From assembly GCA_965199785.1 (NCBI GenBank), contig OZ241324.1, forward strand, positions 59,329 to 83,328: a stretch of DNA of 24,000 bases, in the 5' to 3' direction. The position numbers and the translations under genes are program-made. This document shows, in pieces, positions 17,486 to 24,000 of this stretch; the stretch's first letter is position 1, and each line of letters begins with the position of its first letter. The notes beneath the pieces are model-generated. The model was given only the letters and a program-made list of their open reading frames with translations. It ran no database searches and was not told the origin of the DNA. Source of the DNA: an uncultured Pseudohongiella sp. GTDB lineage: Bacteria; Pseudomonadota; Gammaproteobacteria; Pseudomonadales; Pseudohongiellaceae.

Positions 17486-18589
17486 ATGGTCGATCCCGAA
17501 AATCCCGGCGGCGGCGAAATCGAATCCCGCGCATTCGAACATCCCGGGGAAGAGCAGCTTACCACCGAGCGATTCGAGTTTCACGGCAACGGTTCGGACT
17601 ACTTCCGCATCTGGATCGTCAACATGCTGTTCACGATCCTCACCCTGGGCATCTACTCCGCCTGGGCCAAGGTTCGATCCAAAAGATACTTCTACGGCAA
17701 CACCGAGCTCGCCGGCGACCACTTCGACTATCTGGCCAGCCCCATCGCGATTCTCAAAGGCCGGCTGATCGCCGTGGCCGCGCTGCTCGCCTACAGCTTC
17801 TCAGGTTACATCAGTTTGGCGGCGGGCTGGATAGCCCTCGCGCTGCTGCTGTTGCTGATTCCGCTCGCGGTGGTGCAATCGCGGCGCTTCAACTCATCCA
17901 ATTCAGCCTGGCGCGGCGTGCGTTTCGGCTTTGACGGCGGCCACATGCAAGCCTATCCGCCGCATCTTTTCTGGCCCGCCCTCGGCGTTGCCACTTTTGG
18001 CTTGGCAATGCCCTTCGCCTGGTTCAAGAGCAACCAGTTTCAATTCAACCATTACCGCTTCGGCACAACCCGCTCGGCATCGACGGCCACCATCCGGGGA
18101 TTCTACGTCATCGGCGTTTCCCTTGTGATCGCCCTGGTCGCGGTCATCGCGCTGTACCTGCTGTATTTGTTCGCCACCGCGATGCTGACGCGGATGATCG
18201 GGTTCGAGTCTTCCCAGGCGGCCGCCAACCTGGAAGCCGCATTGGTGATTTTCCCGAGCTTGCTGTTCGCCTACGCGAGCCTGTGGGCCTTCTACCAGGC
18301 GATGTTCTACAAACTCGTTTTCAACAACATCGAAATCGGCGGCAACCATCTGCGCAACAGCATTTATTCCCTCAACTACGTGTGGCTGATCGTCAGCAAT
18401 ACCTTCCTCATCATCGTCACGCTCGGCTTCTTCTACCCGTGGGCGGCGGTGCGCCGCGCGCGCTATCTGCTGTCGAACATCTCGCTGGAGGCGCGGGATC
18501 TCGACTCGTTCGCCGCCGGCGAATTCGATCACGCCTCGGCCCAGGGCGAGGAATTCGGCGAAGCCTTCGATCTGGGATTGGGCCTTTGA
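17486..18589 (+). CDS. DUF898 / YjgN-family inner-membrane protein
   Basis: FEFHGNGSDYFRIWIVNMLFTILTLGIYSAWAKVRSKRYFYGNTELAG, with a repeated module FYPWAAVRRARYLLSNISL. Multiple hydrophobic segments are present. Confidence 0.85.
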   Translation: MVDPENPGGGEIESRAFEHPGEEQLTTERFEFHGNGSDYFRIWIVNMLFTILTLGIYSAWAKVRSKRYFYGNTELAGDHFDYLASPIAILKGRLIAVAALLAYSFSGYISLAAGWIALALLLLLIPLAVVQSRRFNSSNSAWRGVRFGFDGGHMQAYPPHLFWPALGVATFGLAMPFAWFKSNQFQFNHYRFGTTRSASTATIRGFYVIGVSLVIALVAVIALYLLYLFATAMLTRMIGFESSQAAANLEAALVIFPSLLFAYASLWAFYQAMFYKLVFNNIEIGGNHLRNSIYSLNYVWLIVSNTFLIIVTLGFFYPWAAVRRARYLLSNISLEARDLDSFAAGEFDHASAQGEEFGEAFDLGLGL

Positions 18590-19659
18590 ACGAACTGCGC
18601 GGCGTATGGTTCGAGGGCGGCCTCAGCCGGGGCAGCCCCGCGAGACTGCGCTGGTCGGCCGCGGCGATCGCCGTGATCACCGACGAAGGCCAGATGGTTC
18701 GGGTGGACCGCGACAAAATCCAGGTCTTGAGTCCGTTGCCGGGCACTCCAACGCGCATCGCCTTCGGCGGAAGGGAAAGCTTCGTCACCGAGGATGGGCA
18801 CGGCGTCGAACGGTTGCGGGAGGCGCTGGCGCTGGCGCCCGGCCTGGCCAGCCGCGTGGAGCGGCATATGCCCGCGGTCATCGCCGCGGCCGCGCTCGTG
18901 GTGGCCATGCTGGCGGCCATCGCCCTGTGGGGCGTGCCCGCGCTCGCTGCGCGGCTGGCCCTGACCGTGCCCGAAGAGGTCAGCGCGCAAGTTTCGCAGG
19001 CGCTGATGTCGCAATTGGATTTCTTTCTGGAACCTTCGAGCATCCCGCCCCCGCGCCAGCGGGAGTTGGAGCGGTATTTCCAGTCCCACGGCGAAATCGA
19101 GACGATTGTGTTCCGGGAAGCCGGGCGTTTCGGTGCCAACGCGGTCACCCTCGGCGCCACCATGATTGCATTTTCCGACGAACTCGTGGAGCTGGCGGAT
19201 AGCGACGAGGAACTGCTCGCGGTCTACTTCCACGAGCTCGGCCACGCCCGGCTGCGGCATGTCGAACAAAATGTCTTCCGCGCCGCCGCCTGGCTGGTCT
19301 TGATTACCGTGCTGACCGGAGACATCGGCGCGGTTGGGGAGATGCTCGTCGGCTTGCCGCTGTCGGCGGAACTCGCGGCCAATTCGCGAGCCTTCGAGCG
19401 CGAAGCCGACGCCTACGCCGTGGACCGCCTGATCGAAGCGGGTTTGTCGCCGATGCTGCTGGCAGACATCTTGCGCAAGCTGGAGGCGCATCATCAGCGG
19501 CGCGGCAGCGAAAATTCCGCCGGCGGCGGCGATGCCGACCCAAGCGCCGGAACGGACAGCCGGGAAGAATCAATCTCCCCTTCCCTGCCGGACTACCTGT
19601 CCACCCACCCCCCAACCAGCGAGCGCATCGCCTACATCCGCTCGCGCATGAACGACTGA
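18586..19659 (+). CDS. M48-family zinc metallopeptidase
   Basis: HELGH zinc motif (VYFHELGHARLRH), a downstream EREADAYA, and a TM segment MPAVIAAAALVVAMLAAIALWGV. There is no in-frame ATG near the conserved N-terminus (LNELRGVWFEGGLSRGSPARL). The proposed TTG start at 18586 overlaps the DUF898 stop (TTGA). Confidence 0.8.
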   Translation: MNELRGVWFEGGLSRGSPARLRWSAAAIAVITDEGQMVRVDRDKIQVLSPLPGTPTRIAFGGRESFVTEDGHGVERLREALALAPGLASRVERHMPAVIAAAALVVAMLAAIALWGVPALAARLALTVPEEVSAQVSQALMSQLDFFLEPSSIPPPRQRELERYFQSHGEIETIVFREAGRFGANAVTLGATMIAFSDELVELADSDEELLAVYFHELGHARLRHVEQNVFRAAAWLVLITVLTGDIGAVGEMLVGLPLSAELAANSRAFEREADAYAVDRLIEAGLSPMLLADILRKLEAHHQRRGSENSAGGGDADPSAGTDSREESISPSLPDYLSTHPPTSERIAYIRSRMND

Positions 19660-19780
19660 GTTGAAGAAAGCCCCGCGGCGCCGCTCGAAGCCACTCAACC
19701 ACCCGATCAACCACCCGCTGTGCCGGCTCAGATACATTTCGGAACTTCCCCCAAGGTTTAGACCCATGAGCTGATCGGAT

Positions 19781-19795
19781 GGGGGGGGGGGGGGG
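19781..19795. repeat. Homopolymeric G15 tract inside the IS leader
   Basis: Direct count: t at 19780 is followed by 15 consecutive g (19781-19795), then ttgcg. Confidence 0.95.
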
Positions 19796-19920
19796 TTGCG
19801 CCGGGCCAGGAACGGAGGGAGCCGAAGGCGACCGGAGTTCATGGCCCGGCGGCGCGGCGCGATGCGCCCCGCCGCCGGTTCAGGCATGCTTGGTTCACCC
19901 AATGAACAAGGAGCCTGAAC

Positions 19921-20961
19921 ATGAGACTGTTGCACGCCCGCCCCCATTCGTGCAAGCGCCCGCGCGTGGACGAGACCGCGTCCGAGCCCGCCCGGGAGCG
20001 CAAGCGCGTCCTCGATCTCGTCGACGAGATGACCGCCAAGGGCATGCTCCAACGCGACGCGCTGGAGACCATCGGCCTGGCCAAGAGCACCTACCATGAC
20101 TGGCGCAAAGCCTTCCGCCGCGGCGGCCTCAAGGCCCTCGCGCCGAAGAGCACCCGGCCCAAAAACGTCCGCCAGCGGCGCTGGACCGACGCCGACGACC
20201 GGGCCGTGCTCCAACTGCGGGCCGAGCACCCGTTCATGGGCAAGGCGCGCCTGAAGGCCATGCTCGACCGCCGCGGCGTCCGCCTGTCCGTCTCCACCGT
20301 CGGGCGCATCGTCGCCAAGGCCGTCGCCGACGGCCGGATCAAGCCCGCGTCCTTCTGCGAGGGCCGCGCCAAGCCCAAGCGCCGCCGCAGCTTCGAAAGC
20401 GCCTGGGCGCAGCGATGGAAATACGGGGACAAGGCCAAAACCAAAACCCCCGGCCAGATGGTTCAGATCGACCACATGACCTGCAGCCGCGACGGCCAGT
20501 CCCTCAAGGAGTTCCGCGCCGTCTGCCCCATCTCCAAGTTCGCCGCCTCCCGCGTCTTCTCCCGCGCCACCGCCGGCAACGCCAAGCGCTTCCTCGAATC
20601 CGCCATCGCGGCCATGCCCTTCCCCATCAAGTCCATCCAGGTCGACGGCGGCAGCGAGTTCATGGCCGACTTCGAGAGCGCCTGCCAAACGCTGGAAATC
20701 CCCCTCCACGTGCTGCCGCCCCGCCAGCCCCGGTGGAACGGCTGCGTGGAGCGCGCCAACCGGTCCGCCCGGATCGAGTTCTGGAACCAATACGACGGCC
20801 CGATGACCGTCGCCGCCGCCGCGCCCGCGCGCGCCGGGCACGAGTTCTTCCACAACTACCAAAGGCCCCACTGGGCGCTGGATTGCCGAACCCCGAACGA
20901 GTATCTTGTCCACACCGAGAACATGTCCGACACCGCAACCAAAAAGTCCGAAATGTCCTGA
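19921..20961 (+). CDS. IS481-family transposase (HTH + DDE integrase core)
   Basis: 346 aa. The N-terminal HTH region is LQRDALETIGLAKSTYHDWRKAFRRGGLKALAPKSTRP. The rve core is QMVQIDHM...IQVDGGSEF...PRQPRWNGCVERANRS...YQRPHWAL. AAGGAG lies 7 nt upstream of the ATG. Confidence 0.9.
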   Translation: MRLLHARPHSCKRPRVDETASEPARERKRVLDLVDEMTAKGMLQRDALETIGLAKSTYHDWRKAFRRGGLKALAPKSTRPKNVRQRRWTDADDRAVLQLRAEHPFMGKARLKAMLDRRGVRLSVSTVGRIVAKAVADGRIKPASFCEGRAKPKRRRSFESAWAQRWKYGDKAKTKTPGQMVQIDHMTCSRDGQSLKEFRAVCPISKFAASRVFSRATAGNAKRFLESAIAAMPFPIKSIQVDGGSEFMADFESACQTLEIPLHVLPPRQPRWNGCVERANRSARIEFWNQYDGPMTVAAAAPARAGHEFFHNYQRPHWALDCRTPNEYLVHTENMSDTATKKSEMS

Positions 20962-21011
20962 GCCGCTACACCCGCTTGCCCGCGCCCGCTTCGTGGCTGA
21001 TAATCGACGGC

Positions 21012-21542
21012 ATGGATGATTTCCACGATTCGCGGCCACCCGGTCGGCGCATGGGCACGGGGATGCTCGTGCTGGCCATGGCGCTCGGCCTTGCCGCGCT
21101 CACCGGAGCCTTCGACCGCTGGCTCGGCGAACAAGCCAACCCCAACAGCAACCTGCAAGGCATCGTCGGCCCGGATGGCGCCAGGGAAGTCGTGCTTGAG
21201 CGCAACCGCCAGGGCCATTACGTCGCCAGCGGCAAAATCAATGGCCTGCCGGTCACCTTCCTGCTCGACACCGGCGCCACCGATGTCGCCATTCCCGCAC
21301 ATATCGCCGAGGCCGCGGGGCTTGAGCGCGGCTTTCCGGGCCGGGCCTCCACCGCCAACGGCACCGTCGTCGTCTACGCCACCCGCATCGATGAATTGAC
21401 CCTCGGCAACATCATCCTGCGCGACCTGTCGGCGAGCATCACCCCGAGCATGGGCGGCGACACCATCCTGCTCGGCATGAGCGCCCTGCAGCGGATCGAG
21501 TTCTCCCAGCGCGGTTCGCGGTTGACGCTGCGGGTGATATGA
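21012..21542 (+). CDS. Retropepsin-like (clan AA) aspartic protease, TIGR02281-like, membrane-anchored
   Basis: An N-terminal TM segment (GMLVLAMALGLAALTGAF), then GHYVASGKINGLPVTFLLDTGATDVAI (D-T-G active site) and ILLGMSALQRIEF. An alternative start is at 21051. Confidence 0.8.
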   Translation: MDDFHDSRPPGRRMGTGMLVLAMALGLAALTGAFDRWLGEQANPNSNLQGIVGPDGAREVVLERNRQGHYVASGKINGLPVTFLLDTGATDVAIPAHIAEAAGLERGFPGRASTANGTVVVYATRIDELTLGNIILRDLSASITPSMGGDTILLGMSALQRIEFSQRGSRLTLRVI

Positions 21543-22387
21543 GTTCGGGGGTTTCCCTGAAGACGCTCCCGGAAGACCTCGCCGATCAAGTCCGCCGGGC
21601 GCTCGCGGAAGACATCGGCGAAGGCGACATCACCGCCGCGCTGCTCGATGCTTCCGCCACGAGTTCCGGCCGCGCCATCGCCAGGGAAGGCACCGTGCTA
21701 TGCGGCCGCCCCTGGGTCGATGAGGTCTACCGCCAGCTCGACCCAAACCTGACCCCGCGATGGCGCCACGAGGAAGGCGCCGACATTCCCGCCGGCGCGA
21801 CGCTGTACACAATCCAGGGCAACAGCCGCGCCCTGCTCACCGCCGAGCGCAGCGCGCTGAACTTCCTGCAAACACTCTGCGGCACCGCCCAACGCAGCCG
21901 GGAACTCGCCCAAAGCATCGCCCACACCCGCTGCAAACTCCTCGACACCCGCAAGACCCTCCCCGGCCTGCGCAGCGCCCAAAAGTACGCCGTGCGCACC
22001 GGCGGCTGCCACAATCACAGAATGGGCCTGTTCGACGCCTACCTCATCAAGGAAAACCACATCCGCGCCCGCGGCGGAATCGCCCCGGCGATCGCCCGCG
22101 CCAGGCAACTGCGGCCGGAGCAGAAAATCGAGATCGAAGTGCGCGACCTCGCCGAGCTCGAACAAGCAATCGAGGCAGGCGCCGACACCGCCCTGCTCGA
22201 CAACTTCGGCATCCAACAGATTCGCGAAGCGGTGCGCCTCACCCGCGCCCGCTGCCAACTCGAAGCCTCCGGCGGAATCGAGGAAGAGGCACTGGTGGAA
22301 ATCGCCGAAACTGGCGTAGACTACATTTCCCTCGGGCTGCTAACCAAACACTGCCGCGCGGCAGACTTGTCGTTTTTGCTGGAGTGA
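21539..22387 (+). CDS. nadC: Nicotinate-nucleotide pyrophosphorylase (carboxylating) / quinolinate phosphoribosyltransferase
   Basis: ALAEDIGEGDITA, AERSALNFLQTLCGTA, LLDTRKTLPGLR.AQKYAVR.GG..NHRMGLFDAYLIKENH, LDNF and EASGGI are canonical NadC blocks. The ATGA overlaps the preceding stop. Confidence 0.93.
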   Translation: MSSGVSLKTLPEDLADQVRRALAEDIGEGDITAALLDASATSSGRAIAREGTVLCGRPWVDEVYRQLDPNLTPRWRHEEGADIPAGATLYTIQGNSRALLTAERSALNFLQTLCGTAQRSRELAQSIAHTRCKLLDTRKTLPGLRSAQKYAVRTGGCHNHRMGLFDAYLIKENHIRARGGIAPAIARARQLRPEQKIEIEVRDLAELEQAIEAGADTALLDNFGIQQIREAVRLTRARCQLEASGGIEEEALVEIAETGVDYISLGLLTKHCRAADLSFLLE

Positions 22388-22677
22388 GGCCCGGTCGGCG
22401 CAGCCGATGAAAAGCAACGCTTTTCGAGGGGCGAGGGCAAGCGTTTGCGAAGCGCAGCTTCGCGCGCCGACCGAGCTGTGCTCGGTGGCCGGACGAACGG
22501 CTCGACGTGGATGTCGAGACTGGGGATTGGTGAAGCCGGAAGCGTCGCGCCAAGGATGGCGGACTCAGCCTGTAAGAATCCGATCTCCGACGGTAAGCGA
22601 CCGGTGCCCGGACGAAGAGATTATGCGCCTTCGCTCCGCTTCGCTTCGGGCAGAGTGGTGGCGGGGGATACGCAAAT

Positions 22678-22805
22678 GTTAGTCGCCGTCTGGCCGGGTG
22701 GCGTTCAGCGGGCGTGCGAGACAGGATGTCGAGCCCGAAGCCTCCAGGGATGGATTCACGGCGTCCGCTGAACGCCACCCGGCCAGACGGCGACGGATCG
22801 GAGCC
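22678..22805. repeat. Palindromic interspersed repeat, copy 2 (perfect 30-bp inverted arms)
   Basis: Left arm 22682-22711 (gtcgccgtctggccgggtggcgttcagcgg) is the exact reverse complement of right arm 22765-22794. The element aligns end to end with 5253-5378. Confidence 0.85.
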
Positions 22806-22808
22806 ATT

Positions 22809-23489
22809 ATGAAACACCCCTGTCTCGCTTTGTCTGGCCTGCTTGCGCTTGCCGCGCCGGCCGCTTTCGCCCATGTTGGCAACCTCGACCGCAATGGCGG
22901 GCACTATTATGGCAATTCCTACCACTGCCACATGCCCGGCTGCGAGTATCCCGACACCTTCAGCCGCATCGGTTCCGAGCGCATGGTCACCAACCGCCGC
23001 GAGCGCGAGAAATTCTTCAACACCGATGACTGGAACTACGAACTCGATGCCGACGGCGATTGCCAGTCAACCCGGCAGGAAGTGCTGGTGATGACGAGCC
23101 GGCTGCCGGTGCGCTTCACCAATCCGCGCAATTGCGTGGTTCGCACCGGGGAGTGGATCGACGAATACACCGGCGAGCGCTTTGAAGTCGCCATGCAACT
23201 CGACGTGGACCACGTGATTCCGCTGATGTACGCCCACACCCACGGTGGCGACCGCTGGCCGCCGGGCAAGAAACTGCAATTCGCCAACGACCCGCTCAAC
23301 ATCGTCATGGTCGAGCGCCGCGAGGCCCGCCGCAAGCGCGACCGCGGCCCGAGCCGCTACCTGCCCAGGGAGGAATTCCAGTGCGAATACGCGCGGCTGT
23401 GGGAGGCCATCGCCGAAAAGTACGATCTGTTCATCGAAAACCGCGACCGCAACGCCATGAACAAAATCCTCGAGGGCTGCACTGGGTAG
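22809..23489 (+). CDS. Secreted nuclease-like protein: YHYH domain + HNH/DUF1524-type endonuclease domain
   Basis: ATG at 22809 gives signal peptide MKHPCLALSGLLALAAPAAFA|H. Then comes NGGHYYGNSYHCH (YHYH-type), followed by LDVDHVIPLMYAHTHGGDRW...FANDPLNIVMV....ARRKRD (His-Me/DUF1524-like). The upstream part of the 22698 ORF lies in the repeat. Confidence 0.7.
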   Translation: MKHPCLALSGLLALAAPAAFAHVGNLDRNGGHYYGNSYHCHMPGCEYPDTFSRIGSERMVTNRREREKFFNTDDWNYELDADGDCQSTRQEVLVMTSRLPVRFTNPRNCVVRTGEWIDEYTGERFEVAMQLDVDHVIPLMYAHTHGGDRWPPGKKLQFANDPLNIVMVERREARRKRDRGPSRYLPREEFQCEYARLWEAIAEKYDLFIENRDRNAMNKILEGCTG

Positions 23490-23529
23490 CACCCTCCCCT
23501 GTTGTTTCGCCCGAAGCACAGCTCTCACT

Positions 23530-23556
23530 CCCGTCATTCTGCGCGCAGATGACGGG
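23530..23556. terminator. Hairpin between convergent genes (possible bidirectional terminator)
   Basis: cccgtcat (23530-23537) pairs with atgacggg (23549-23556), leaving an 11-nt loop. It lies between the nuclease stop (23489) and the symporter stop (23569). There is no clear U-tract. Confidence 0.35.
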
Positions 23557-23568
23557 TGTGCCCGCCCC

Positions 23569-24000
23569 CTACTTCCAACTGAAATCGCGTTGGATGCGGC
23601 CGAGGCGGGTGTAGAAGACTTGGCTGGCTTCGCGGTCGGACTTGGGGTTGGGGAATAGCAGGCTGACGATGGGGATGATGAGCAGGGGCAGCAGCAGGGT
23701 GAGGAAGGATGGGTCGGACCATTCGCCGAGGTAGGCGATGAGTTCGTGCCACCATTGGGCGAAGCCGCCGGCGGTGGCGTTTTCGATGTCGTCGAACAAG
23801 GTGTTGAACAACCACATCGCCAGGCCGCCGGCGAAGCCCGCGGCGATGCCCCAGAAAACCGCCGCCTCGGTCGTGCGCTTCCAATACAGCACATAGCCGA
23901 TGGCGACCGCCGGCGGCACCACCATGGCGAAGCCGAGCAGCAGCAGTTGCAGCACCGAGGTGATGTTGCCGAGCCAGGCGATGACCGCGGCGAGCGAGCC
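23569..24000 (-). CDS. Sodium:solute symporter (SSF) family protein, C-terminal part; 5' end beyond the window
   Basis: The reading frame is open to position 24000 (GSLAAVIAWLGNITSVLQLLLLGFAMVVPPAVAIGYVLYWKRTTEAAVFWGIAAGFAGGLAMWLF...). The LYWKRTT..A..G block is typical of SSF C-terminal helices. Confidence 0.7.
   Translation of the reverse strand, partial: GSLAAVIAWLGNITSVLQLLLLGFAMVVPPAVAIGYVLYWKRTTEAAVFWGIAAGFAGGLAMWLFNTLFDDIENATAGGFAQWWHELIAYLGEWSDPSFLTLLLPLLIIPIVSLLFPNPKSDREASQVFYTRLGRIQRDFSWK

Larger units (their letters stand above)
19719..20970 (+). mobile_element. IS481-family insertion sequence (1252 bp)
   Basis: IRL is TGTGCCGGCTCAGATACATTTCGGAACTT (from 19719). The reverse complement of the right end (ending at 20970) is TGTAGCGGCTCAGGACATTTCGGACTTT. 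A direct CCCGC lies on both flanks (19714-19718 and 20971-20975). A single DDE transposase ORF is inside. Confidence 0.85.

Noticed and set aside
15228-17768. ORFs overlapping the CoxL-like gene (for example 16009..17109-, 16797..17768+)
   Set aside because: They are shadow frames of a strongly supported gene and carry no motifs.
19570-21039. 489-aa minus-strand ORF antisense to the IS481 transposase, and 20415..21542(+) upstream extension
   Set aside because: The antisense reading is Gly/Ala/Val-rich with no domain. The 20415 ORF is only credible from 21012 onward (the protease), because its upstream part is an alternative frame of the transposase.
22530-22580. ccggaag...ccaagg string resembling the SRP (4.5S) RNA helix-8 region
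   Set aside because: The invariant GGAAGCAGCC context of 4.5S RNA is absent, and the flanks do not form the expected long hairpin.

Overview
High-GC (by eye about two-thirds G+C) proteobacterial chromosomal segment. Most of it is ordinary metabolic and envelope genes. On the left: a partial ammonium transporter, a secreted cupin, a thiolase-like enzyme, a beta-lactamase-family serine hydrolase, a TIGR02466-like 2OG-Fe(II) oxygenase and a 1124-aa TonB-dependent receptor. On the right: a form-II CoxL-like molybdoenzyme subunit, a DUF898/M48-peptidase pair, a retropepsin-like protease, nadC, a secreted YHYH+HNH nuclease and a partial sodium:solute symporter. The notable part is a roughly 5.3 kb accessory island (about 9.7-15.06 kb) between the TonB receptor and the CoxL-like gene. 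Its core is visibly AT-rich and encodes a beta-class SPPY DNA methyltransferase, a type II restriction-endonuclease-like protein that appears frameshifted near its 3' end, and a stand-alone soluble KAP-family P-loop NTPase. This core is flanked by decayed addiction modules: a FitA-like antitoxin with no toxin, a decayed HigB-like toxin, and a Phd antitoxin with a truncated VapC. An N-terminally truncated, stop- and frameshift-containing IS1595-family transposase remnant is also present. The MTase / REase-like / KAP-NTPase cluster is my best candidate for an uncharacterised defence module. Separately there is an apparently intact IS481-family element (1252 bp, imperfect IRs, 5-bp CCCGC duplication) with a G15 tract and a strong hairpin in its leader. 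There is also a ~125-bp palindromic interspersed repeat in two copies whose arm differences are compensatory. I could not recognise any rRNA, tRNA or CRISPR array. All family assignments come from motif recognition by eye and need HMM or BLAST confirmation.
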